NCBI GenBank assembly: GCA_019057385.1
Contig: JAHQJS010000006.1
Location: 613,038-677,037 of the forward strand
Source: Candidatus Borrarchaeum weybense
GTDB lineage: Archaea; Asgardarchaeota; Sifarchaeia; Borrarchaeales; Borrarchaeaceae
Reading direction: 5' to 3'
Length of the DNA: 64,000 nucleotides
Both the position numbers and the translations under genes were made by a program. Positions within the stretch are counted from its first letter, which is position 1; each line of letters starts with the position of its first letter. A model generated the notes under the pieces. It made no database searches. It was not told the origin of the DNA and saw only the letters and a program-made list of their open reading frames with translations. Below, piece after piece: positions 18,919-27,742 of this stretch.

Positions 18919-19731
18919 GTGCAATTTATTACAATGACCCCACAACAGTTCTATACATTATGCGGGGTCTTGGTAGGAATACCAACGGTTATTGCGGTAT
19001 TAATTTACCTAAGAATGAAATTTAGGGGAGATCCTCTCCTAATACAGTACAGAAATGAACATGGCTTATGTGAAACCGATTGGACTACCTTAATCGAGTA
19101 CAGTCCAAACGGGAAAAAATTAAAACTCAGACGTGGATGGCGTGTAGTGGAATATTTACTAAGTAGAGGAACTTTAGGTAAATTTCTTGAAGAAGATAAA
19201 TACGGAAATAAGTTCTTGGAAGTTGCTGACATCTACGAAAAAGACGACACAAATATAATTGAGCCGTGGGTGGAAATCAAAAATAAATCATTATTGGCAA
19301 AGAATGAACTCGCGGTGCATAAACTTGAGTCTATTTATTCGAGGGAGATCGCTAATGCCAATCAGGAAATCATGAATGAACGTAAAAAGAGATTAGAGGC
19401 GGGACGGAAATTGACAAAAGAACTAAATGAACAACAAACAATGATCGACAAAGTGAACATTGACTCGATAACAATGCCGAGAAAACTTGTTGCCACATAC
19501 TTAGCTGGAAAAGTAGGGACTGTAGACTTGGAACACATCAAATCGACAGTCGTAGATAAACTCTTGCAGGATACGAAGGGAAGTTTTATAGAAGTCATTG
19601 AGTCATTAGATAAACGCATAGAACTCGTTGGCGTCAGTTTAAAACAGTTCTCAAAACAATTCGTACCTGTCATAAATGCAATGGCGAATAAACTCAATAT
19701 CAAACCTGTAAAAGTAATAGAACAGTCATAA
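18919..19731 (+). CDS. N-terminally anchored coiled-coil membrane protein
   Basis: Single TM then heptad-rich region; AGGAGG RBS. Confidence 0.75.
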   Translation: MQFITMTPQQFYTLCGVLVGIPTVIAVLIYLRMKFRGDPLLIQYRNEHGLCETDWTTLIEYSPNGKKLKLRRGWRVVEYLLSRGTLGKFLEEDKYGNKFLEVADIYEKDDTNIIEPWVEIKNKSLLAKNELAVHKLESIYSREIANANQEIMNERKKRLEAGRKLTKELNEQQTMIDKVNIDSITMPRKLVATYLAGKVGTVDLEHIKSTVVDKLLQDTKGSFIEVIESLDKRIELVGVSLKQFSKQFVPVINAMANKLNIKPVKVIEQS

Positions 19732-20220
19732 TTAATACTGTAGCTCGAGATTTACTTTTAAATCCCTTATTATTTTTAGATTTTCAAGTGTGTTGTCGTT
19801 AAATTCGTGGATTACCGCTATCTGTTTCGCTCGATTTTTTTCATTCTCTTCTGTAGCAAGTACTTTGAGAATTGCCTCTATTTCTTTCATATTTTTTGCA
19901 ATAACACGGAAATACGGCTTAAGTTCCTTAGAAGCAACACCTTTTACTTGTTCCTCACTACTTACGTAATATTCTAATCGTTTTTTACCTCTTTCAGTTA
20001 TAATGTACTCGTATATCGGTTTCTTGCTTTCTTCAATGTGTTTTTTATCACGATCGACAAGCCCTTGTCTATAGCACCGAAGTAGTATCACACAAACCAA
20101 CTCCCGGTCCTTCCCTAAGGCATCACTTATCACCTTTGATGTGTTGTTTCCTTTACTTACTTCCTTCAATATTCTTTGTTTGACTTCAGAGAAGCCTGTA
20201 AGCGTTTTTGACATATTCAT
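19732..20220 (-). CDS. Winged-helix transcription regulator
   Basis: ISDALGKDRELVCVILLRCYRQGLVDR...YIITERG; divergent from operon 1. Confidence 0.8.
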   Translation of the reverse strand: MNMSKTLTGFSEVKQRILKEVSKGNNTSKVISDALGKDRELVCVILLRCYRQGLVDRDKKHIEESKKPIYEYIITERGKKRLEYYVSSEEQVKGVASKELKPYFRVIAKNMKEIEAILKVLATEENEKNRAKQIAVIHEFNDNTLENLKIIRDLKVNLELQY

Positions 20221-20320
20221 CTCCAGAGAGGGGATTTTAGTTTTTAGATAAGAATATGAGAGTACTGCTATTTAAATTTAACGCTAGCGTTTAAATAAGT
20301 CAATTTGCGGAGAAATTTAC

Positions 20321-20336
20321 CACAAAATATATATAA
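20321..20336 (+). promoter_or_regulatory. Probable promoter of operon 1 (CACAAAATATATA)
   Basis: BRE/TATA-like; same 13-mer at 26341. Confidence 0.65.
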
Positions 20337-20426
20337 AAGTAGTGACATTGTTTCTATTAACAAGCTTTGAAGGATGGTGATGTATGGATACGTTAGTAGC
20401 TAAGTCGCTGTGTTCAATCGGGCGCG

Positions 20427-20450
20427 TAGTCGCATAGTCGCATAGTCGCG
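20427..20450 (+). repeat. (TAGTCGCA)x3 octamer array
   Basis: Tandem octamers; also at 21062-21085 and degenerate at 26646-26669. Confidence 0.9.
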
Positions 20451-20527
20451 CAGTTTTTGGACGCACCCACCCCACCAAATAGGACGGGCAAGAGCTATTC
20501 TACTTGTTAAAGACAACGTCAATTGAT

Positions 20528-20600
20528 GGAGCTTATACCATCAACTCAACTCCTGGAGAGCCAACTTATACTTGGGGGGTCACACCCCCCGAGCTCCACC
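20528..20600 (+). ncRNA. tRNA-like element 1 (acceptor stem plus T-arm mimic, no clear D or anticodon arm)
   Basis: GGAGCTT (20528) pairs with GAGCTCC (20591-97), followed by ACC; GGGGG-7 nt-CCCCC arm directly before; tRNA-sized. Confidence 0.6.
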
Positions 20601-20645
20601 CTTAAAAAATTCACTTTTGTATATGGAGCTCATGCTCAGGAGTTT

Positions 20646-20966
20646 ATGAAATTGTATTTGTGTTCTAAATGTGGAACAACTCGCCACACACCCAATTTAT
20701 TTGAAGGTAAACCATACTGTCGTAAGTGTTACAAAAAAGTGATTCAGAAGCCAAAAGGTTGTTCTATCCCTTTAGGGATACCCCCTAAAAATAGAGGTAA
20801 CTATCGAAAAAGTCAGGGTTTACGTAAAAGAAGAATCTGGCGAGTAGTCAGAAATCAATCTGGTGAGATTATAGAAGAAGAGAGAATACCAAACCGCAAA
20901 GGACGTTTTAACCGTCATATCTCTCTAAATATGAAGGATAAACTCACCCCTCAACCCAATCATTAA
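20646..20966 (+). CDS. Zinc-finger protein with basic tail (start revised from 20523)
   Basis: CSKC...PYCRKC; leader motif and AGGAG precede ATG 20646. Confidence 0.7.
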   Translation: MKLYLCSKCGTTRHTPNLFEGKPYCRKCYKKVIQKPKGCSIPLGIPPKNRGNYRKSQGLRKRRIWRVVRNQSGEIIEEERIPNRKGRFNRHISLNMKDKLTPQPNH

Positions 20967-21002
20967 TCTTTTTTTTGTGGAGCTTGGCTCTAAGGTGGCT
21001 AA

Positions 21003-21080
21003 ATGAACCAAAGAGTAATTCTTGAGACCTTACTGAATTTCATTACTCTTGTTGTGGCTATTAGTCGCATAGTCGCATAG
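21003..21080 (+). CDS. 25-aa hydrophobic peptide MNQRVILETLLNFITLVVAISRIVA
   Basis: Preceded by a leader and RBS identical to those of the 23392 gene. Confidence 0.5.
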   Translation: MNQRVILETLLNFITLVVAISRIVA

Positions 21081-21085
21081 TCGCA
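21062..21085 (+). repeat. (TAGTCGCA)x3 octamer array
   Basis: Three exact tandem copies upstream of MCM. Confidence 0.9.
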
Positions 21086-21302
21086 CAAAAAGGAGAGATA
21101 CACCTTGCAAGACAAATTTAATAAGAAAAACGTAACTCTCCGCCTTGTCTTGTGGTATTTTGCAATACACCAAGACGCGAGACTACTAAACTTTGTGGTC
21201 GCGGCGTAATTTGTTCAAGACTACTTAAGTACTTAGGTACATAGGTATCGTCATACCTAAGTAGTCCTCTTTTTTGGAGCTCTAAGGCTCTGGAGTGAAA
21301 TT

Positions 21303-23045
21303 ATGACTGAAGCAATAGAAGAAGCCACAAATCCTGAAAAGGAATGGCTAAAAACTTTAGTTCGAGCGGATTTTGAAAAAACTAAAGAGGATGAAGAACT
21401 TAAACTAAAACCCATAACCTCAGGGATACAATCACTAATCCTTGAATTCTACCAGCGGTTATCCTCGACAGATACACCAGACGAATTCGATCAGTTTTAC
21501 AGTGAAAGACTGAAACAGTATAAAGCAATGCATTTGTTCATCAGTTTCCTTAATGAATATGCGGTTAAATTGGGGTTATCTCCCCGACCAACGGCACCAG
21601 AGTTTTACAGGAATTCACAAGAAGTAGAAAAGTATCTCTTTGAGATTACTGAAGCTACTCTCGGAGAACCACAGACACTTAAAACCTTGCAAGATCAGAT
21701 CAGTGCAAAATATCCCGATCTACTCAGTCAAATCATTAAAAATGAAATTGACAAAACGAACGGGAAATATGAAGATTTTGTCAACAACGAAATGACAGAG
21801 ATTGAGGAGAAAATTGATTTAGGGGTCGAAATAGAACTTGATCCCGTCATCAGTAAACAATTGCAATTAATCGAGGAATCTAAGGGAAAAATTCAGCAAA
21901 TTTCAGCAGAATTAAACAAGATGATTATTCTCGGTGAAACGGTATGGGAATATCTCATCTATGCAATGGTGAGCCCGCACTGCCCACCCTTTTACATCAA
22001 TGGTCTTAAAAAACGTGCTAATTTGCACGTACTTCTGGTGGGCGATATTTCTACAGCAAAGTCAGAAATCATCGACGTTACTGATGAAATAGCCTTTAAG
22101 AGTTTTAAAATAGACGATAGCACACGCGCCGCTATGGAAGGAAAATATACTACTGAAGGAATCGAAGCTGGGGTTATCGACCATGCTAACAATGGCTTGC
22201 TCTGTATTCACGAATTCGATAAAGCCTTGAAGGAGTTTAAATTACTCCGAAGGTGTCTCGATTGCAGAGATTTTACAATTGCGAAAGGCGAGCACATGAA
22301 AATCACTAACATCAACATGACACTTTTCTGTGGAGCCAACCCAACCGATGATTTTTTCCATAAAGAATGTTATCGGGATCAGATCCCCTTTTCAGAGGGG
22401 CTTCTGAGCAGGTTTGATATAACATTGCCCCTCCAATCTACCCCACTACGTAATAACCTCATGCTTGATCGTTTAGACCTCTTTTCCGAAGATAAAATCG
22501 TTGATATTACAAAAACCAAAGAAATCTTAGCAACTTTAATTCATGGCATACAGAAACTCAAAGGCGTTAAAATCGAACAAGAACACCAAAAAATGATAAA
22601 AGAAGTCTTTCGTCTGTATAACATTCGTTTACCACGCCGCCCCTTTGTAATCCTTCGAGACCTCGAAACCATTGCCCGATTTGTCAATGTAATAGCGTCT
22701 GCCAACTTTTATAATAGACAGGTAAAAGACGGCTACGTGTATGCTATAAAAGAGGACATTGAGAAAGCAATTTCCCTATGGGAGGACTTAATGCACCGCC
22801 GCCGACAACTGTACGAAGAAACAGGCGCAAAGAAAGAATTGACAAGCATTGATGACATAATCAAGAAAGAAATCATCATGCACGGTAAAGACCACATTAA
22901 AAGTACGGATCTTTATGAGATAATCGTGGAAAAACTCCATATATGTCACAAAGCGACCTTCTATAGAGCACTAAATCGCATGGAAGCGCAGGGAAAAATA
23001 CAACGTAAAGGCAGGAAAAACGCAACAATCATCCTCAACTCCTAA
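21303..23045 (+). CDS. mcm: MCM-family helicase, divergent
   Basis: HVLLVGDISTAKS (Walker A), LCIHEFDK (Walker B variant), GANP, LLSRFD, RDLE, C-terminal wHTH. Confidence 0.85.
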   Translation: MTEAIEEATNPEKEWLKTLVRADFEKTKEDEELKLKPITSGIQSLILEFYQRLSSTDTPDEFDQFYSERLKQYKAMHLFISFLNEYAVKLGLSPRPTAPEFYRNSQEVEKYLFEITEATLGEPQTLKTLQDQISAKYPDLLSQIIKNEIDKTNGKYEDFVNNEMTEIEEKIDLGVEIELDPVISKQLQLIEESKGKIQQISAELNKMIILGETVWEYLIYAMVSPHCPPFYINGLKKRANLHVLLVGDISTAKSEIIDVTDEIAFKSFKIDDSTRAAMEGKYTTEGIEAGVIDHANNGLLCIHEFDKALKEFKLLRRCLDCRDFTIAKGEHMKITNINMTLFCGANPTDDFFHKECYRDQIPFSEGLLSRFDITLPLQSTPLRNNLMLDRLDLFSEDKIVDITKTKEILATLIHGIQKLKGVKIEQEHQKMIKEVFRLYNIRLPRRPFVILRDLETIARFVNVIASANFYNRQVKDGYVYAIKEDIEKAISLWEDLMHRRRQLYEETGAKKELTSIDDIIKKEIIMHGKDHIKSTDLYEIIVEKLHICHKATFYRALNRMEAQGKIQRKGRKNATIILNS

Positions 23046-23140
23046 TTTTTTTCTCATTACTTAAGTACTTGTAAATGGAGCTTACTTCCAGGAGTAATAT
23101 TTTTAACATAGTCACTACAAAAGTATATACGGTGTTTATA

Positions 23141-23356
23141 TTGATCGAAAAAAAGAAAGTTTATAGATCAGGCAACTCAAAAGCCGTCCTCATACCCGCC
23201 TCTACATTTAAAGCGATGGAGAAACCCGATAAGGTATCAGTTGCTTTTAACGAGGTTATGATAGTTTTTAATGAGGATATGGACATTGAGATGATTAAAT
23301 CTGACATCTTAAACCTTCTCAAGTCAATAGAACTGCGTTATGGGAAGGTTACATAA
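23141..23356 (+). CDS. AbrB/MazE-like protein (start revised from 23075)
   Basis: KKVYRSGNSKAVLIPA. Confidence 0.75.
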   Translation: MIEKKKVYRSGNSKAVLIPASTFKAMEKPDKVSVAFNEVMIVFNEDMDIEMIKSDILNLLKSIELRYGKVT

Positions 23357-23391
23357 TTCTTTTTTGTGGAGCTTGGCTCTAAGGTGGATTT

Positions 23392-23646
23392 ATGGTAATT
23401 AAAGGCGAAGCGCAAACCATGCACCAAGCATGGCAAAAAGCCTTTGTGAATCTCGAAGAAACTATTAAAGAACGAGAAGTCGAACTTAAAAGACTACAAA
23501 CGGCTAAAAAAGAATGTCAGAAAAAACTCACAAAGGCGAATAAACAAACGGTTCTTGAACTAATTGAGACACGAATTGATTACTTACAGAAAAAACTCGA
23601 AAGCGAGAGAAGTATGCTCAATAGTTTAGAACCTTACAACTCTTAA
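23392..23646 (+). CDS. Coiled-coil hypothetical protein
   Basis: Leader motif and RBS; heptad pattern. Confidence 0.75.
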   Translation: MVIKGEAQTMHQAWQKAFVNLEETIKEREVELKRLQTAKKECQKKLTKANKQTVLELIETRIDYLQKKLESERSMLNSLEPYNS

Positions 23647-23692
23647 CCTTTTTTTCCCTTCTTGTGGAGCTATAAGGCTCTGGAGTGAAAAC

Positions 23693-24184
23693 ATGACCTT
23701 AGAATACAAAGGGTTTTTTAAAAACGTAAACTACGAACCCGAAAAGGGAGATTGGATCGAGGTTTTTGCAAGCGATTGGAACAAAGACTATTGGGCATTC
23801 TACGCATACATTCCATTCGAGAACTATGAACAAGGAATTCAAGTGATCAATGACTTGATCGGCGAATTGAATTGGCGAGACGGGGACGTATATATTGAGT
23901 TAATTAATATGAGTCCTGGTCTTGAAAAATTGTATAACAAACTCTACGATGACGGCTATTTTGCTCATTGGTCGGCTCTTAATCCCGACAAATGGCGCGA
24001 ATATTTAGAGGAAATCGAAGAGGAAGAAGCCGAAGAATTTTCCGACTTCAAAGATCAATATTTTAGGAAAAACTGTCAAACAAAATCAATTGAAGAGTGC
24101 GATGAAACGTCTTGCAATGAATCTTGTATAGATGAATGGGCGTATCCTCAACGACCAGATCCATCCCTGTATTACGACCAATAA
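23693..24184 (+). CDS. Acidic hypothetical protein with Cys-rich tail
   Basis: Leader motif and RBS. Confidence 0.75.
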   Translation: MTLEYKGFFKNVNYEPEKGDWIEVFASDWNKDYWAFYAYIPFENYEQGIQVINDLIGELNWRDGDVYIELINMSPGLEKLYNKLYDDGYFAHWSALNPDKWREYLEEIEEEEAEEFSDFKDQYFRKNCQTKSIEECDETSCNESCIDEWAYPQRPDPSLYYDQ

Positions 24185-24229
24185 ATCTCCACCTTTTTTT
24201 TCTTTCATGGAGCTAACAAAGGCTCAGGA

Positions 24230-24619
24230 GTGTTTACTATGAATGTCGAAATCAATTCTTTCGCGGATCTTATATACGTCCTATCTGAATTCGCAAAAGT
24301 TGATAAAAACTACGAATGGCACGTCAGTGAAGACGATGAACGTGTGTATTTAACACATTTCAGATGTGAAACTTCAGAAGCACCAGAATATTTTGTAAAT
24401 GACAGGAAACAAGACTTCAAAAAGTTGTGGGACACCGCATATCAGTACACCTTACGGTGTGCGACTTCTAAGGAAGAACCGAGTTTTGAGGCTCTTTGTA
24501 ATGCGATAAAGAAACAGAACATCGAAATCAGAACGTCGACGGATGAGGAACGGCTTTCCTATGTAGATCGAATCACTGAAATGGACGCTAATATGGAAGA
24601 AGAACTTGCTATGGAGTGA
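24230..24619 (+). CDS. Acidic hypothetical protein
   Basis: Leader motif and RBS; likely start at ATG 24239. Confidence 0.75.
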   Translation: MFTMNVEINSFADLIYVLSEFAKVDKNYEWHVSEDDERVYLTHFRCETSEAPEYFVNDRKQDFKKLWDTAYQYTLRCATSKEEPSFEALCNAIKKQNIEIRTSTDEERLSYVDRITEMDANMEEELAME

Positions 24620-24641
24620 AGATCAGAATTAGGGTGTTTAC

Positions 24642-24776
24642 ATGACAGAAGAACGCGAATTTAGTGTATTTGTCATCTTAAGAAAGATGGCGACAGACCG
24701 CCAAGACGCTTTAGATAAAGTAGATCAGGACATACTCGATAAAGATTTCGAAATTTACGATGTCATTGAATCTTAA
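24642..24776 (+). CDS. 44-aa acidic protein MTEEREFSVFVILRK...
   Basis: GGGTG RBS, open frame, fills the gap between neighbours. Confidence 0.55.
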   Translation: MTEEREFSVFVILRKMATDRQDALDKVDQDILDKDFEIYDVIES

Positions 24777-24869
24777 ACGAGACTACTTAGGTAATTAGGT
24801 ACTTAGGTAATTCCAAACATCTCCTATTTTTTTATGTGTGGAGCTTCAAAAGGCTCTGGAGTGAACAAT

Positions 24870-25814
24870 ATGGTACAAATCAAATTTGATAGTGCAAAAC
24901 TTTGGTCTTCTCTTGTGAAGGGTGTAAATGCTCTCATAAAAGAAGCCGAATTTGAGACCACTAAAGAAGGACTACATCTTCGAGCAATTGATGACGCGCA
25001 CATTGCCATGATCGACTTGGACATACCAAGCGATTCTATGAAAGAATACTCTTTTACTCTTCATGACAAAGAGGCAGACTTCGCGAAATTCGGCATAAAT
25101 ATTACTGAAATGGCTACAATAATGCGACGTATCCCCATTGGAGAAAAATTGACGCTGACATTGGATTCACAAAAAAGCAAATTTCATGTCGTAGCAGACT
25201 CTTTATACACAAAACGACGATTTTCAATTCCTCTCCTAGGTTCAACTTCCGCTGAAGACATTCCTGTACCGAAGATAGACTTTACAACAAAAATCAAACT
25301 TAAAGCAAAGTACCTCAAAGAGGCAATTAAAGACGCCGCTGTGATGGGTGACTATTTAAAACTCAAGACGACTGCCGATAAATTTTCTTTATGGGCAGAA
25401 GGCGATACAGGAAACGTCAGCATAGACTATGAATATGGAGAATCAATCTCTCTTGAGAAACGCGGTGACGCTGTTGGAATTTATGCTTTAAAGTACTTAG
25501 ACGATATGACCGATCCTATCCCTGGCGAATCTGAGGTAAGTATTGAGTTCTCAAATGATATGCCTCTGAAACTTACGTGGATGTTAAACGGCTCAAAACT
25601 AGATTACTACTTAGCTCCACGTATTCCACCCTCGGATGAAGAACCACCAAAAAAAGAGGAAAAGGAACAAGAAAAAACTAAGGATGACACAGAAGAGGAA
25701 AAAGAAACGCACGAAGAAACTAAGGAATTCCCTTGTGACGAGTGCGGAAAGACCTTTACTAGCCAAAGAGGACTTAACACACACATGCGCGTACATAAAG
25801 ACTCTGATGAATAG
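24870..25814 (+). CDS. pcn: PCNA sliding clamp fused to an acidic linker and C2H2 zinc finger
   Basis: GLHLRAIDDAHIAMIDL, YALKYL, DMPLKL, YYLAPRI, then CDECGKTFTSQRGLNTHMRVH; start revised from 24834. Confidence 0.92.
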   Translation: MVQIKFDSAKLWSSLVKGVNALIKEAEFETTKEGLHLRAIDDAHIAMIDLDIPSDSMKEYSFTLHDKEADFAKFGINITEMATIMRRIPIGEKLTLTLDSQKSKFHVVADSLYTKRRFSIPLLGSTSAEDIPVPKIDFTTKIKLKAKYLKEAIKDAAVMGDYLKLKTTADKFSLWAEGDTGNVSIDYEYGESISLEKRGDAVGIYALKYLDDMTDPIPGESEVSIEFSNDMPLKLTWMLNGSKLDYYLAPRIPPSDEEPPKKEEKEQEKTKDDTEEEKETHEETKEFPCDECGKTFTSQRGLNTHMRVHKDSDE

Positions 25815-25883
25815 TCCTTCCTCTATTTTTTCTCGTTACTTAAGTAATTTTTTAAGGAGCTTCTGACTCCAGGGTGTATTTAC

Positions 25884-26168
25884 ATGAACGGATGGAAAAA
25901 AATATGGGATACCGAAGAAAAAGGACTCTACAAAGACAATTCTTTCTCGTTCGTTGATTTTGAGAAAGAGGACTTATATCTATTGATACAAAAGTCTGGT
26001 CCGAGTGGTTGGTATCTTTATTTATTTGAACACGGTAGCCCAAGAACTGTTGGATGGGCTACTACAAAAGAAAAAGCCTTAGAGATAGCTAAGTTTATGA
26101 TGGAAACAGATAATTTCCCACCAGCACATAAGTACTTCAATGCGGATCTTGAACTTTGTAAGTCCTAA
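25884..26168 (+). CDS. Hypothetical protein
   Basis: Leader motif and RBS. Confidence 0.75.
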   Translation: MNGWKKIWDTEEKGLYKDNSFSFVDFEKEDLYLLIQKSGPSGWYLYLFEHGSPRTVGWATTKEKALEIAKFMMETDNFPPAHKYFNADLELCKS

Positions 26169-26231
26169 CATCCTTTTTTTCTAATTCTGTCTGCAAAGTG
26201 CTGCAGGGGCTCAAACCTCCAGGATCAGAAT

Positions 26232-26319
26232 TTGTTATTACAATTCAGGCCCTTACTTTCATTTTGTTATCACATTTGTAATAACATTCTACACCCGGCA
26301 ACTTATTTTGTGATGACAA
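26232..26319. promoter_or_regulatory. Operator array, four TTGTNATNACAA-type boxes upstream of the operon 2 promoter
   Basis: Boxes at 26232, 26264, 26276, 26308; reverse complement matches the 5926-5981 layout. Confidence 0.8.
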
Positions 26320-26340
26320 ATTATAACCTAATAACTGAGA

Positions 26341-26353
26341 CACAAAATATATA
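26341..26353 (+). promoter_or_regulatory. Probable promoter of operon 2 (CACAAAATATATA)
   Basis: Identical to the 13-mer at 20321. Confidence 0.65.
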
Positions 26354-26376
26354 ATTGAGTTCTTATAATGTAGTTC

Positions 26377-26625
26377 ATGAGACACACACGAAATACATCT
26401 ACAAGGTCGCACCCTTGCTGACCTATTATGTCTCAGAAAAGGAAGGGTCTCCTGCCGCGGGAGTTTGAAACGTCACTCACTTCCCTCCGTGAGTAAGCGG
26501 GCGTGGTCACGACTCGAAATGTGGGTAAAAGTCGTGTAGTGAAGTCAGTGAAACAGAAAACTCATAAAAAGAAAAAACCCTCCTGAGGTAGAAGAACGGG
26601 GGTTCGATTCCCCCAAGCTCCTCCC
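26377..26625 (+). ncRNA. Structured leader RNA ending in a canonical T-arm and acceptor 3' strand (tRNA-like element 2)
   Basis: GGGGG-TTCGATT-CCCCC (26598-614) then AAGCTCC (26615-21); hairpins TGAGACA/TGTCTCA, ACTCAC/GTGAGT, CACGACT/AGTCGTG; possible cis 5' strand GGAGTTT at 26460. Confidence 0.65.
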
Positions 26626-26748
26626 TCAAAAATTAAAGACTAGCGTAGCCGCATAGTCATATAGTCGCAAATATTATTTATACGTGGAGCTTAATAAATT
26701 TAATGGAACGGGAGTTTTTACTTCAGAACTACTTAGGTAGTGCGAAAT

Positions 26749-27690
26749 ATGTCCTTAGTGCACTTTTTGCAGAAAAACCCTGACTACCTCTCAGGTGTCA
26801 GAAGAATCCTCGAATATGAAGAGGACCATAAAGACGATCAGTATTTCAAGGACTTAGGGTGGTCTTGGGATGATATTAGACTTTCAGGACCACACTTGAA
26901 TCAGTTAGTTTTGGCGGGAATAATTCAAATTGTGTATAAATCCCGCAAGAATCGCGGCTATTTGTTAGTAGATCGAGAAAAAACAAAGAAAGAGATCGAA
27001 CTATACGAAGCACAATTAAATTATAGTCCAGAGACAGACGAAGAGATTGAATTCTCAGAATCTATCTTTGATGACATTATAGGCTATAACGATGTGAAAA
27101 AACTCTTTAAACGGGCGTTGCGGAGTGAAGAACCGATACATATCCTCATGATTGGACCACCCGCCAGCGCAAAGAGTATGTTTCTTTTTTGTCTTGCACG
27201 TTTAGATGGGGCTCATTATTCTCTTGGCTCATCGAGTACCAAAAGCGGATTATCTGATTTTCTTATTGAGTATTCTCCGCGCATATTATTGATCGACGAG
27301 TTGGACAAAATGAACACACCTGACTACTCCGTACTGCTCTCCTTATGTGAGAGTGGACTTGTGGGAGAAACAAAATACAAGAGAGTACGAAGTGTTCAGT
27401 TGAAATGTTCTGTATTCGCGGCTGCCAATGATGACAAAAAAATTCCGCGAGAAGTTAAAAGTCGATTTATTGCACTTCGATTTAAGGAGTATTCAAAAGC
27501 AGATTTTATAGAAACTGCCGTAAAACTTCTTATGCGGGAAGGAAAAGACCATGACTTAGCCACCTATATCGCTGAAAAAGTATGGCACTTTAAAAACCGC
27601 GATATAAGAGACTGCATACAGATAAGCCGCTTAGGAGATACACAAGAAGAGATCGACTCAACCCTGAAAACACTTCAGAAGTATTCGTGA
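26749..27690 (+). CDS. AAA+ ATPase (MCM/RuvB-like) with N-terminal wHTH
   Basis: HILMIGPPASAKS, LLIDELDKM, AAAN, SRF. Confidence 0.85.
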   Translation: MSLVHFLQKNPDYLSGVRRILEYEEDHKDDQYFKDLGWSWDDIRLSGPHLNQLVLAGIIQIVYKSRKNRGYLLVDREKTKKEIELYEAQLNYSPETDEEIEFSESIFDDIIGYNDVKKLFKRALRSEEPIHILMIGPPASAKSMFLFCLARLDGAHYSLGSSSTKSGLSDFLIEYSPRILLIDELDKMNTPDYSVLLSLCESGLVGETKYKRVRSVQLKCSVFAAANDDKKIPREVKSRFIALRFKEYSKADFIETAVKLLMREGKDHDLATYIAEKVWHFKNRDIRDCIQISRLGDTQEEIDSTLKTLQKYS

Positions 27691-27742
27691 GTACCTAAGT
27701 ACTCATGTTTGTTTTATTTTTTCTTTTCATGGAGCTTCAATC

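Noticed and set aside
20523-20645. N-terminal extensions in the ORF track (20523, 23075, 24834, 30416, 32512, 45005)
   Set aside because: They run through leader hairpins, operators or the tRNA-like element upstream of the RBS; starts were moved downstream.
21222-24809. Telomere-like TTAGG repeats
   Set aside because: Only two or three units, internal, and explained by overlapping copies of the palindrome.
26460-26625. Bona fide tRNA or tmRNA gene
   Set aside because: No D or anticodon arm at canonical spacing, no encoded CCA, no evident tag reading frame or smpB; kept only as tRNA-like.
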